Source of the DNA: a virus
Lineage: Duplodnaviria; Caudoviricetes
IMG/VR virus record: IMGVR_UViG_3300049828_000141
Span: 1-47,304 of that record
DNA length: 47,304 nt
Strand: one strand, 5' to 3'
Under the pieces are notes generated by a model. The model searched no databases and was not told the origin of the DNA. It was given only the letters and a program-made list of their open reading frames with translations. Shown here piece by piece: positions 34,336-43,606 of this stretch (the stretch's first letter is position 1; every line of letters begins with the position of its first letter). Both the position numbers and the translations under genes were made by a program.

Positions 34336-36184
34336 CAGGCTCCACTTTTTCTTCGTCTCCTTCTCCCCAGTGTCTGGCATACTTGATCCCAACACCAAGG
34401 GGAACTTTAAGTTGCTTAGCATACAGTTTCTCCACTATCGTGTAGACGTCTTCTGTGAACGCCTTAATTAATTCTCCACGATAATATTGTAGCATACTTT
34501 CGGGTATGTCTGCAATAACAGAGTCGTGAACTGTATTAACAAGCTTTACCTCAGAGTTTCCCCCAATCCTATGCCATAGGGCTGTAACTGCGATTGGGAC
34601 AATGTCTGCTGTTGCAAATGACTGTACGGGGTAGTTGAAAATGGATGGCGTATTGACCACGTATCCGGAGGCTTGCATTCTAGTGTCTGGCCAATAAAAG
34701 ACGAGTCCGGAGGCGATTCGGAGAGACTTATCAGCCAGAACTTTATATACCCAGCCTCTTTGAGTGTTATAAATGCTCTCATACTCCCGTCTGAAAGCTT
34801 CATAGTAAGCCCGCTCTTTGGTGCCTCCCGAGTTCCCACCGTAAAGTGGCTTAAATGTGTATGGCTTAGCCTCAGTCCGTCCGAGACCCATAACGCGGGA
34901 GGTAAGCGCGTGGACATCCACCCCTTCACAAACTGCTCGGATTGCTCGGTAGTCGTCTCCGAGTTCTGCGGCAACCCGAAACTCCAGTTGGGGTGCGTCT
35001 CCTTCGACCAACACGCGGCCATCACTCCTAGCGCAAAATAGGGGTTTGTAGTTTCTAGGAAAGTTTTGAAACTGAAATCCCCACTTACGTCCACTAGACG
35101 ATAGTCGATGGGTTTGGGTGACCGATTGATTAAACGACGCAAATACTTGACCATTGTCTTCCTCGCAACATTGCTTCATTGACTCGATTATCTGAAGGCG
35201 TTTCTTAAGCGGACTAACCCGTCGATAAGCGCGTAGGAACTCTCTTTGTTCAGCGTTTTCAGCTTGGAGGAGACCAATAACTGCCTTACCAACAGCGTAC
35301 TCTCCTCCCGGTGTTTTGAGAGGATTCCCTCTAGCGTCCGTAGGTGGTCTGAATCTAAGCTTGTCGTAAAGGAATTCTCTGAGTTGTTTTGATGAGTTAG
35401 GATTAATTCCGCCAGATAGTTTATCAAGTTCTCGTTTAGCGTCAGCGAACTGTCCAAAAATTCTTCGATGTTCTTCATCAACTCTTTGTCGATCAAGTTG
35501 TAGTCCCTCAAATTCCATGTCGGCTAGTACGGGAGTGAAGATATTGCGACAGTAGAACACTGGCAATAGACCTTCTTCCTGCATTAGTTCTCGTTGTTTT
35601 AGGAAGATCTGCTCAGTCAACCAGACGTCTTCCGCACAGTAGTCTGCTAGGAGCGACGTAGGTATTTCTTCAGGGCTTACGCCGCCCTTAATCAAAGAAT
35701 TTACTAGCTGCTTTTTACCTCCGAGTCCATATCTAGCTGCTGTGGCGTTGAGTCCAAGGGGGTTTCTTCTGTTACCAGCTCTAACGTATTCCCCCAACTG
35801 TGTGCAGTATGGGAGCACACTTCTAAGGCTTGTGCCTGCCCTACGGAGCCATTGCAGCTCAAATTTCGCATTGTGAGCAACAATGAAATCAGCTTGTCCA
35901 ATTGCCTGTTTGAGATGCTCCTGTTCAAATTCAGACCCAACATCCGTACATCCTGCCATTCTCCACCCGCCTCGCGTAAGCGGGTGATCCTTTCCCAGTC
36001 TATAGTGCGCAAGGATGATTCGATTTCTTGGATCAATCGCTGATCCTTTGTCGTAATTTGTAGTCTCAAAGTCAAGGACGACATAGTTGTTACCTAGGTA
36101 AATGGAGGGGTCGGGGTCAGTAAGCCACTTAGGAAGATTGGACTGTCCCGATTGCGGGATTGATTGTGACGACGAAGTGGTCAT
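34271..36184 (-). CDS. Family A DNA polymerase with 3'-5' exonuclease
   Basis: LDFET, HNAKFE and YCAED exonuclease motifs; THRLSS, DAPQLE (motif A), KPYTFKPLYG (B), TVHDS (C). Confidence 0.95.
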   Translation of the reverse strand: MTTSSSQSIPQSGQSNLPKWLTDPDPSIYLGNNYVVLDFETTNYDKGSAIDPRNRIILAHYRLGKDHPLTRGGWRMAGCTDVGSEFEQEHLKQAIGQADFIVAHNAKFELQWLRRAGTSLRSVLPYCTQLGEYVRAGNRRNPLGLNATAARYGLGGKKQLVNSLIKGGVSPEEIPTSLLADYCAEDVWLTEQIFLKQRELMQEEGLLPVFYCRNIFTPVLADMEFEGLQLDRQRVDEEHRRIFGQFADAKRELDKLSGGINPNSSKQLREFLYDKLRFRPPTDARGNPLKTPGGEYAVGKAVIGLLQAENAEQREFLRAYRRVSPLKKRLQIIESMKQCCEEDNGQVFASFNQSVTQTHRLSSSGRKWGFQFQNFPRNYKPLFCARSDGRVLVEGDAPQLEFRVAAELGDDYRAIRAVCEGVDVHALTSRVMGLGRTEAKPYTFKPLYGGNSGGTKERAYYEAFRREYESIYNTQRGWVYKVLADKSLRIASGLVFYWPDTRMQASGYVVNTPSIFNYPVQSFATADIVPIAVTALWHRIGGNSEVKLVNTVHDSVIADIPESMLQYYRGELIKAFTEDVYTIVEKLYAKQLKVPLGVGIKYARHWGEGDEEKVEPVEKVNSFLSSDLGHDNRRARE

Positions 36185-37328
36185 GCCGGCCGCTCAACTT
36201 GTTTTTCGGTAAACTGATAGTTCTGATTCCATGCTGCTCCATTGTAGCGTCGGCCCCAATGCCGATCATCAAGTCCACCTGTGCGGGGATTCCGGTCTTT
36301 GAAAAGTCAATGTCATCCCGTCCTAGGACGGCTTTCCCTTCAGCTGATTCTCCAGCTTGCGTAACCGAGACAACGAGTAGGTTATGCCTCTTTGCAAGGT
36401 TACGGGCCTCGGTAGCTGCTTTCTCCAGAGCTTGGACCCTACTTTCGGAGTTGACTTCCAGATTACGGAGCTGGTCAAGTACGACGACGTGTGGCTTGTG
36501 CTCGACGACCAACTTACGTATCTCGAAGAAGTTTCCCGGTGCCAGAGATGCGACAACAAGATGCTCGTATCCGGCTCCGTAAGCACGTTTTTCAGCTTCA
36601 TCTGGATTCTCCATCACAGCCTGCTTAGTCATCTTGCTCAGTCGACAAATGAACCGAAGGAGAATGTCAGAGGCGGGGTCTTCGTTTCCGCAGTAGAGCA
36701 CTCGCAGTCCTTGTCTAACGAATCCTGCGCACAGGTTCTGAGCAAAGAGAGTTTTCCCGATTTCCGGTCGAGCATATACAAGGATATGATGCCCGGGACG
36801 GGCTCCACCATCGCAGCGGTCGTTAAGTTCTCGCGGGTACAGTCGGATCTGCCTTCGGGGATCGAAGGACTTTTCAAGGAGTTGTCGGATTGGTTTTCGG
36901 ACGAATACTTCTTCATCGCTTTTTTCTTCTTCTGTGTGCGTGAGGTCTTCGTACTTGGTCATCAGGTCCCGGATTTTTGTAGTGTCTTCCCGGTTAACCA
37001 GAGCCAAGCTCAGCTCGTCACCGACTCGCAGCTGCTGAAAGAGCCTAATGTCGTGTGCCAGATTAGGCACGGACACTTCGGGGTCTAGGTCGCTAAGGTA
37101 GTCGTGGACCGCAGCAATGTGCTTGTCGTTCCGCAGTACATTAGCTAACCGTTCTTTCAGTACATTAACGTCGGCTTGCTGAACGTCCTTGTCCAGCTCG
37201 TAGTATTCCTTGATTGATTTACCGACAAATGCGCCTTGGGCGGAGAACTTGTCGGGATCAATCTTGGAAAAAATCTCGTCAAATGCCTTCCGGGATTTGA
37301 TCGCGGCTGAAATCAGTCGCTTTTCCAT
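36129..37328 (-). CDS. DnaB-like (SF4) replicative helicase
   Basis: ARPEIGKT, NED, VVVLDQL, VTQA and KNK motifs. Confidence 0.9.
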   Translation of the reverse strand: MEKRLISAAIKSRKAFDEIFSKIDPDKFSAQGAFVGKSIKEYYELDKDVQQADVNVLKERLANVLRNDKHIAAVHDYLSDLDPEVSVPNLAHDIRLFQQLRVGDELSLALVNREDTTKIRDLMTKYEDLTHTEEEKSDEEVFVRKPIRQLLEKSFDPRRQIRLYPRELNDRCDGGARPGHHILVYARPEIGKTLFAQNLCAGFVRQGLRVLYCGNEDPASDILLRFICRLSKMTKQAVMENPDEAEKRAYGAGYEHLVVASLAPGNFFEIRKLVVEHKPHVVVLDQLRNLEVNSESRVQALEKAATEARNLAKRHNLLVVSVTQAGESAEGKAVLGRDDIDFSKTGIPAQVDLMIGIGADATMEQHGIRTISLPKNKLSGRHDHFVVTINPAIGTVQSS

Positions 37329-38106
37329 AATACGCCTCTCTGATTCGTTCTTCTTCTTCGTACTTGAGGTCTTTTTCTAGCTTCCAAACCTTTAGACCAA
37401 GTAGGTGTCTAAAAGTTCCTGCGTAGCCTACGGCCTTAGCCGTGGCGTCTTTGTCTAGTGCAATCACAGCTCGCGGATACTTAGACAGGATCTCCCTTAC
37501 CATCGTGGGCGATAGGTGCGTGCCACAAAGCGAGATCGCGTTGAGACCGGCTTGATACACCTTAAGAGCCGAGATAGCATCTTCAACCAGAACGGGAGGT
37601 GTGTTGTCAGGTTCGTGGAACCACCCAATGAACGGTTCATCCAGAATCTCCTTGTACACCAAGTTACGGGGAGTAAGAGGAGTCTTCCACTCCCGAAGCA
37701 AAGACCCCCGAAATTGCCCGTCAGGGCCGTAGTAGGGAATATATATCCTATCACACTCCGGAGCGTACCGCCACTCAGTTACACACCTACCTTTATAGGT
37801 AAGGATTCCAAATTTCTCCTCTAACCACTTCCCTGCCGGAGTGTTGTGTATGTCCACCAAAGCCCCTGTAAAGGCTTTAGGGAGCTTTTTGGGGGTCCCC
37901 CCATCCTGCCCTACCACCCCCCACAGGAGCTTTCGTCCTTGGGCCCCACAGGAGGCCCTGAAACAATGCCAAAGCAACCACCCATCCTCGTCTACGGTGA
38001 TGGAGAGGGTCCGCTCCTTGGACGCCCCTCCCCCGCACTTGGGGCAAATCTCCCGTTTGGATTCCCCTTTGTGCAAGTCCAGTGTCATGGCTTCAAGTCC
38101 CATCAT
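37279..38106 (-). CDS. DNA primase (Zn finger + TOPRIM)
   Basis: CPKC...CFRASC; LVED; ALDKDA; KDLK. Confidence 0.85.
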   Translation of the reverse strand: MMGLEAMTLDLHKGESKREICPKCGGGASKERTLSITVDEDGWLLWHCFRASCGAQGRKLLWGVVGQDGGTPKKLPKAFTGALVDIHNTPAGKWLEEKFGILTYKGRCVTEWRYAPECDRIYIPYYGPDGQFRGSLLREWKTPLTPRNLVYKEILDEPFIGWFHEPDNTPPVLVEDAISALKVYQAGLNAISLCGTHLSPTMVREILSKYPRAVIALDKDATAKAVGYAGTFRHLLGLKVWKLEKDLKYEEEERIREAYYGKATDFSRDQIPEGI

Positions 38107-38260
38107 TGGCCAGTTTATCCTTTTCTATGGCTTCCTGCATCTTGGTCATGTAGGCGTCAGCAAGACTGTTCCAGTGATCTTGCGTGAATTGCCCGCTAGC
38201 CGCGGCCTCCAGAATCAGGAGGACGGTGTTCCGCAGTACCTTCAACTGTTCTTCGTTCAT
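38093..38260 (-). CDS. Small hypothetical protein (55 aa)
   Basis: MNEEQLKVLRNTVLLILE...; ATGA overlap with the upstream gene. Confidence 0.5.
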   Translation of the reverse strand: MNEEQLKVLRNTVLLILEAAASGQFTQDHWNSLADAYMTKMQEAIEKDKLANDGT

Positions 38261-38478
38261 GGCGTCACGTCCATCGTGCCTGCCGCCATCGCCTGCTCGG
38301 CCATGTAGGTGCAGTCCTTGTTTCCGTATTGGCGCAGATACTTGATTTCCCGGAGCAGCCGCTCCTCATTCTTCCGCGAAGCGTCGTACGCGGCTTTCCA
38401 CTTAGCGACTTCGCTTTTCAACGAAGACTTGCAGCAGTGACGCGGGTTTGCGCCCGGGCAAGTAGGGGTGTTAGTCAC
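38257..38478 (-). CDS. Hypothetical protein
   Basis: 73 aa; GGAG RBS; YLRQYGNKDCT motif. Confidence 0.6.
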   Translation of the reverse strand: MTNTPTCPGANPRHCCKSSLKSEVAKWKAAYDASRKNEERLLREIKYLRQYGNKDCTYMAEQAMAAGTMDVTP

Positions 38479-38693
38479 TGTTTATCTCCGTCGGTGTTGA
38501 CGTAGTACAGGAACACGTAGATCAGCGCGTTGATGAACGCGAGAATCCGCGCAGGGGTTGATTCGAGCATCGCTGCGCAATAACCCCAAAACACGGCCTG
38601 CAGAATGAAGAAGGCGCTATACGCCATCTCCCTCGTCTCCGTCGATATCGTCGTCTTCTGCGCCAGCCCAGTCATCATCTGTTTCAGGTTCAT
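38475..38693 (-). CDS. Small two-helix membrane protein
   Basis: Two hydrophobic segments. Confidence 0.55.
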   Translation of the reverse strand: MNLKQMMTGLAQKTTISTETREMAYSAFFILQAVFWGYCAAMLESTPARILAFINALIYVFLYYVNTDGDKQ

Positions 38694-38805
38694 ACTCTGT
38701 CTCCGGATCTTGGTTGAAGTCTAGGTCATGGTCGTACGAGGTCCACGGCGCCTCGTACTCAGCATTCTCGTCTACGCCTTCGTAATACCTGTCTCTCGAT
38801 TTCAC
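38617..38805 (-). CDS. Very acidic small protein
   Basis: 25 of 62 residues are D/E; first ORF after the promoter at 38959-38987. Confidence 0.5.
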   Translation of the reverse strand: MKSRDRYYEGVDENAEYEAPWTSYDHDLDFNQDPETEYEPETDDDWAGAEDDDIDGDEGDGV

Positions 38806-38841
38806 TACGGATTACCTTTGGTTTTGTTTTTGGTGGTTACT

Positions 38842-38869
38842 CCCCCAAGGCTCACACCTTGGGGGTTTT
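38842..38869. terminator. GC hairpin CCCCCAAGG-N6-CCTTGGGGG with a + strand T-tract
   Basis: Perfect 9-bp stem. The T-run is on the + strand, so it is antisense to the local genes. Confidence 0.45.
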
Positions 38870-38893
38870 GTTATTCTTAATACCCCTACTAAG

Positions 38894-38945
38894 AATAATT
38901 AATATTATTATATATATTTATTATTATTATTATATATAAATAATA
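38894..38945. other. 52-bp pure A/T tract (candidate replication origin/unwinding element)
   Basis: No G or C for 52 bp in an otherwise GC-moderate genome; upstream of the primase/helicase/polymerase genes. Confidence 0.45.
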
Positions 38946-38958
38946 CTAATACTTAATT

Positions 38959-38987
38959 AGGGTATCACAGAACTCCGTAAAAGTCAA
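38959..38987 (-). promoter_or_regulatory. sigma70-type promoter for the replication genes
   Basis: TTGACT, 17-bp spacer, TACCCT, with extended TG. Confidence 0.6.
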
Positions 38988-39700
38988 CGATTCTCGTCCC
39001 AGCCCTTGAAGGCGCGTAAGAGCCGGGCTTGGTCGGTGCCGAACGCCGAGACAATCGGGTGCTTGAGCTTGACGGCGCTGTCGTACGCCTCCTGAGCCGT
39101 CTTGCTGGACTCCCCGTGCCCAAGGTATCTGCTGTCCTTGAACACAACAGTGCTGGGAGGGAACCAAATCCACACCCGAGCAAAGCTGACGTCTCCGGGC
39201 CTCTGGTGAGCGTGGTTGATCGACAGGGGGCCTCGCACCACGTAGCCGATCTTATGCTCCCACAGAAACTCAGCAAAGTCAAGCGTTGTCCAGTCGATCC
39301 GCGGACCAAGCCCCCTTTCCTTGGAGTATTTGTTCGCGGAGTCAGTCATGATAAAGCAGTTGTAGCCGGTCTTTTTCGCAGCCCTCGTGATGGCGTCCGC
39401 AGTCTGCCGTACAGAGACCTCCGGTTCGTCTTTGCCGGCCATTTCCCTGATGTGCTTCTGCGCGAGCTTGCAGTAGTCAGCAGGAGGCTGCCCCCACTGT
39501 GACGCATCGGGCGGCCACCCCCAACTCAGCACCTGCTGCCCGAACGCTACGTTCTGGATCATGGCCACTCCGCAGTTACCAGTCGAGGCTAGTCCAAACT
39601 TCGGCTCTTGGTACATCGTGCGGATTACGTGCGTGTCGTTCAGCGCGGGGTGCTTGACTCCCGGGATATCGACCCACCTGAAGTGCTTCTCTTGTGCCAT
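38984..39700 (-). CDS. Uncharacterised protein, CG...WIW family (paralogue of 44964-45338)
   Basis: Start moved to the ATG at 39700 (AAGGAG RBS, MAQEKHF...), 238 aa. Confidence 0.7.
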   Translation of the reverse strand: MAQEKHFRWVDIPGVKHPALNDTHVIRTMYQEPKFGLASTGNCGVAMIQNVAFGQQVLSWGWPPDASQWGQPPADYCKLAQKHIREMAGKDEPEVSVRQTADAITRAAKKTGYNCFIMTDSANKYSKERGLGPRIDWTTLDFAEFLWEHKIGYVVRGPLSINHAHQRPGDVSFARVWIWFPPSTVVFKDSRYLGHGESSKTAQEAYDSAVKLKHPIVSAFGTDQARLLRAFKGWDENR

Positions 39701-39704
39701 CTTC

Positions 39705-40478
39705 TTAGGCTCCTTGCTGTTTGAAATACTGTTTGAAACTATTGACGTACGCGGCGAGAGTTCGACCTTCCATACCGGGGGCGGTATTGACCTCAAATAC
39801 CGCGACACCCTCTCGGCCGATTCCCACATCGACTCCCGCGAAGTCCAGTCCAAGTACACCCACTGATCGTACAGCCGCAGCGCAGGCCTGCTCGTTGCGG
39901 ATAACGTCTTCTGTGGCGAAAATCCAACCGTTTCCGTGGGTGCGGACCCAGTTATCCGCCTCCACATCTCTCTTTTTTCGCTTTGCAGCGTACCCGATGA
40001 CCTCGCCTCGAAATACGTGGACCCGTACTTCTTCCTGCTTCGGAAAGTACCGCGTGAACAGCTTGACACCTTCGGGTATTTGTGGCTGACGCCTGCCATT
40101 TGCCTTCCACTCCGCGAATTTGATAATGTCAATGCCTATGCCGCTGTGTCCGTTAAGCACCTTGCGGCACACAATGGACCGACCTTCCGACAACCACGCG
40201 ACCGCGGAGTCGGCGTTATCGGTAAAAGTCAAGGTCGGTACGCCCGCCTCGGCAAGCATACGCAGCGTCCTCGCTTTGTCGACCGCCAAGAACACCTTAT
40301 GCGGCTCGTTTAGCACCACCGAGCCGTGCGGGTATACGATGCGCCGAGTAGTGCCGTAGTTAAGAAATTCGTTACCACGGCGCACGCGGCCTTCCGCAGA
40401 CAAAGACACCTTCCACTTGAGGGCTTTGGCAATGGCCTTGGCTGTGCCCCCGTAGTAGTTCGAGATTACTAGCCCCAT
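39705..40478 (-). CDS. ATP-grasp (RimK-like) amide/peptide ligase
   Basis: DKA.TL..L..AGVP, GHSGIGI, EVRVHV, GLDFAGVD and FEVNTAPG motifs. Confidence 0.9.
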   Translation of the reverse strand: MGLVISNYYGGTAKAIAKALKWKVSLSAEGRVRRGNEFLNYGTTRRIVYPHGSVVLNEPHKVFLAVDKARTLRMLAEAGVPTLTFTDNADSAVAWLSEGRSIVCRKVLNGHSGIGIDIIKFAEWKANGRRQPQIPEGVKLFTRYFPKQEEVRVHVFRGEVIGYAAKRKKRDVEADNWVRTHGNGWIFATEDVIRNEQACAAAVRSVGVLGLDFAGVDVGIGREGVAVFEVNTAPGMEGRTLAAYVNSFKQYFKQQGA

Positions 40479-40479
40479 G

Positions 40480-41949
40480 TTAGTTGTCCTTGCGACGGTT
40501 TACAGCGGCGGCTGAACGAGCGCCTACGAAGTCGCGTGGGAATACCACGCCCCACGAACGCATCTCCCTCACAGCCGGGATAGAATCTTGGCAACGCTTG
40601 CACAGAGGGTCGGGATCAGATCCGGCCGTCCACTCGCACCAGATGATTTCCTCGGAATCCTGCGTATTGATGGACTCGCCACAGTACATGCACCCGCACT
40701 TGACTAGCTCAAGGAATTCTTCCTCGTCGAGAAACGTGTTGTCCGGACCTTGGTAGAGAACCTCTACTTCCAGTGCATCGTCCGCCTTCGCCGGGGCAGG
40801 AAGTGCCGGCAGCAGGGAGCTGGCAAACTCCGCGGCCTGTTCCTTGGTCATCGTCTTGCCGTCCTTGAGCAGCGCGACAGGCTCCTTGATGGAGATTATG
40901 TCGGTGCTCTTGGACTTCTCCCACTGCTGTAGGACGGTGCTGAACTTGCCCTTGCCGTACTTGGCTTCGAGCCACTTCGTGGCTTCCTCGGACAGAATGG
41001 CGTGGAGCTTCATGTACGCTCCGTCCACCTTGCGGCCGGGGGCCAACACCTTGCCGTGAATGAACCCACGACGCGCGGCGTCATCTTTTCGATAATCGTC
41101 GTAGGATTCCCAGCCTTCCATCTCGAACATCAGCATTTCGTCCTGCTTGAGTTCTAATTCCTGCATCAGCCGGTCCATGTAGGACACCCTTCCGCCCCCG
41201 AAGTTGTTTGAGACGAAAGGGGGAGGGACGTACTCTTTGTAGGGGACAATCTTCGGGGCCTTGGTGAACGGCTTGGTCAAGTCCCACGAAATGAGCGTGT
41301 GCTCCTTCGGGTTGCGGAACTTGTTGTTACCGATATCGACGCTGTTGCGCTCGAGCAGCCACGACAGCATACCGAACTCGGACGCGAAGAACAGGGTCTC
41401 TTGGTCCTTGTCGAGCACGTAGCAAATGTCCCGGTTGTTGTTGCGGGCGATGTTGAACGTCTGCTTCTCCATATCGTGCCACACGAACACGTACGGACCT
41501 TGGACCTTCTCCAGAGTGGCCAACGGGTCGGCGTTCTCGTAGAGAGAATACGCTGCGTAGGCCGAGTCGACGCCGTGGGAGAACCTGTTGTCCTTGACAA
41601 GCCCGCGGTAGTCGCGGAGCGTTCCGTTATGGACAAACCCGATGTGCCCGAAGTGAAACGGGTGGCAGTGCTCGTCCCGTGCGTCACCAATGGTGGACGC
41701 TCGGTTGTGCCCGATCACGACTTGGCTCCTGTCCTGCCGGGCGCGGAACTGCGCGAACTGCTGTGAGTTCAGGAAGTCCGGCCCGATCAAGGCACGCTTG
41801 TACGTGAACGCTTTCTCGTCCTTGAGGTCGGCTGCGTAGATACCCGTACCGCAGCTACCACGAAGCGAGTCCACGAACAAGCCCTGCATGAGAACAGGGG
41901 CAAAGCGCGCCGACGGACGCGCCGTAACGTAACCAAAAATTCCACACAT
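40480..41949 (-). CDS. Class II (Ntn) glutamine amidotransferase with C-terminal Zn-finger extension
   Basis: MCGIFG, RG, GHNRAST, HPF, HNGTL, VDS and FASE motifs; C-terminal CMYC...CKRC. Confidence 0.9.
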   Translation of the reverse strand: MCGIFGYVTARPSARFAPVLMQGLFVDSLRGSCGTGIYAADLKDEKAFTYKRALIGPDFLNSQQFAQFRARQDRSQVVIGHNRASTIGDARDEHCHPFHFGHIGFVHNGTLRDYRGLVKDNRFSHGVDSAYAAYSLYENADPLATLEKVQGPYVFVWHDMEKQTFNIARNNNRDICYVLDKDQETLFFASEFGMLSWLLERNSVDIGNNKFRNPKEHTLISWDLTKPFTKAPKIVPYKEYVPPPFVSNNFGGGRVSYMDRLMQELELKQDEMLMFEMEGWESYDDYRKDDAARRGFIHGKVLAPGRKVDGAYMKLHAILSEEATKWLEAKYGKGKFSTVLQQWEKSKSTDIISIKEPVALLKDGKTMTKEQAAEFASSLLPALPAPAKADDALEVEVLYQGPDNTFLDEEEFLELVKCGCMYCGESINTQDSEEIIWCEWTAGSDPDPLCKRCQDSIPAVREMRSWGVVFPRDFVGARSAAAVNRRKDN

Positions 41950-41955
41950 CGGTTG

Positions 41956-42864
41956 TTATCTCCAGTTGGGGTGACGGCCGTAAAAGGCCTTGAAAATCAG
42001 ATCGTTGAACTCGTTCAGCTTCGACGTAGGCTTGAAGTAGACCATCTGAGACGCAAGCATCAGCGCATCAGGATAGTTCCACTTTTCCGTGGGGAGCGGG
42101 TAGCGCACGGTTGCCATCAACTGAGCGCCAGTCGCTTCCTTGGCCCACTCGTAAAGAGCGGCGCCCGTCAAGCCCTTTTCTCGGTAAAGGTACGTGCCGG
42201 CGGCCTTGAGAGACATAGCCAAGTTGATGAACGCAACCTGCTTTGTAGTAATCTCGCCCACCACATTCTCCATGTGGCGGAACTCGACGGTACCGAACTT
42301 GGACAGAGCCTGTACGTTGAGCGCCGAGTAGCGCTGCAACGCCCGCATACGGGACAGCGAGAGCTTTGCCGGCTCTTGCAGCCCTTGCAGGATCTCCAAG
42401 AAATTGTCAGCACGGCCCCACGGCACACAGAAGTTGCTGCTGTACCTGTGCCACCCCGCAAAGCGGAACACAGGCTCCTCCACCAGAGCATAGAGAAGCA
42501 GCATGTTATGCAACTCCTCGGCCTCCATATCGCGCACATCCACATGGACGTGGAACGCTGTACGGTAGTTGCACACAGGCCCGCCGATGGCGCACAGTTC
42601 CGCCATCGTTGAGATAGCTGCGAGAAGGTCTTTACCGAAAAGACCGTCTCCAGTCGTCGTGACTTCGATGCCGTTGTCGCGCAGCGAGCCGTCGTTCTTC
42701 ATTTCCAGAAGCCCGGTTCTTGCGGCATTGATGACCTTGAACAGCCCAGTGGCCTGCTCGAACTCCCACTCCAGCCCAATACGACACGAAGGCAACACCC
42801 ACGCGTTGTCTGGCAGGAACTGCCGTTCGGAGTTCTTGTGGCCGAATTTCTCGGCTATTTTCAT
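41956..42864 (-). CDS. Amidoligase (glutamine-synthetase-like COOH-NH2 ligase)
   Basis: IGLEWE, DGSL, GIEV, FHVHVD, RYSALN and GTVEFRH motifs. Confidence 0.85.
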   Translation of the reverse strand: MKIAEKFGHKNSERQFLPDNAWVLPSCRIGLEWEFEQATGLFKVINAARTGLLEMKNDGSLRDNGIEVTTTGDGLFGKDLLAAISTMAELCAIGGPVCNYRTAFHVHVDVRDMEAEELHNMLLLYALVEEPVFRFAGWHRYSSNFCVPWGRADNFLEILQGLQEPAKLSLSRMRALQRYSALNVQALSKFGTVEFRHMENVVGEITTKQVAFINLAMSLKAAGTYLYREKGLTGAALYEWAKEATGAQLMATVRYPLPTEKWNYPDALMLASQMVYFKPTSKLNEFNDLIFKAFYGRHPNWR

Positions 42865-42868
42865 ACAG

Positions 42869-43606
42869 TTAGCCCTCTTTGTCGAACGCTTCGAGTGGAA
42901 GAACGGACACGCCCCACCGCTTCAAGAAGAAGTCCTTGAAGTGCATGATCCTTGGGGTAGCCCACAAGACGTAGTTGCCTCGCCGTTTCGTCACGGTCCC
43001 TGCTATGGCGGAGTTAAAGGAAACCACCGGACAGGAGAAGCTCGCGTGCAACGACATGGCAAACAAGCGAGCGAAGGCGACGGAGTGAGCCGCTCCGCTG
43101 TCCACGGCCGTAAATGCCTCGTGGAATGTCCTGAGTGCCCTGTCTCCCTCGGTCTTGGCCATGTGCAAGGCCAGCGCACGATTCCAGAACCGGGTCGGTT
43201 GTACGGCCGAATCCGGACAAGATTTCGTCAGCTTGGTGAGGAAGTGAGGAGACATATCGACGGTCGAGTACGCGAGCGGAGCCGACGCAGACAAGGCTTT
43301 CTTGAACTGCCTGTCCGGACCTAGGCCAATGTGAATGGCCGTGGTCCAAGTGTTAATCGGACCGTCCGGTATTTCGAGGTTGAAGTACCCGGAAGAAGGC
43401 GTGATCGGAGTGTAATTCTCCAACACGAATGCGGATTCGTGGGAGACGGACGACTCCTTGAAGCTCTTTGTCGTGATCTTGCCTTGGATCTTCCCGGAAT
43501 CCGTGAGTCCTGCCACAAGGAACGGCCGGATCAAGCCCGATTTCAGGGGCAAGGCCACAAAGCAGTCCTCGTAGTTACGGACAAACTCGCGTGTTTCATC
43601 GGCCAT
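42869..43606 (-). CDS. Hypothetical protein within the ligase module
   Basis: 245 aa, tightly packed between the two ligase genes. Confidence 0.65.
   Translation of the reverse strand: MADETREFVRNYEDCFVALPLKSGLIRPFLVAGLTDSGKIQGKITTKSFKESSVSHESAFVLENYTPITPSSGYFNLEIPDGPINTWTTAIHIGLGPDRQFKKALSASAPLAYSTVDMSPHFLTKLTKSCPDSAVQPTRFWNRALALHMAKTEGDRALRTFHEAFTAVDSGAAHSVAFARLFAMSLHASFSCPVVSFNSAIAGTVTKRRGNYVLWATPRIMHFKDFFLKRWGVSVLPLEAFDKEG

Noticed and set aside
34546-36084. Alternative-frame minus-strand ORFs inside the DNA polymerase gene (202, 107 and 126 aa)
   Set aside because: The polymerase frame is uninterrupted with all motifs present, and these ORFs show no recognisable motifs; no intron or intein is evident.
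39701-40132. N-terminal 144 aa of track ORF 38984-40132
   Set aside because: It overlaps the ATP-grasp gene in another frame; the RBS-supported start is 39700.
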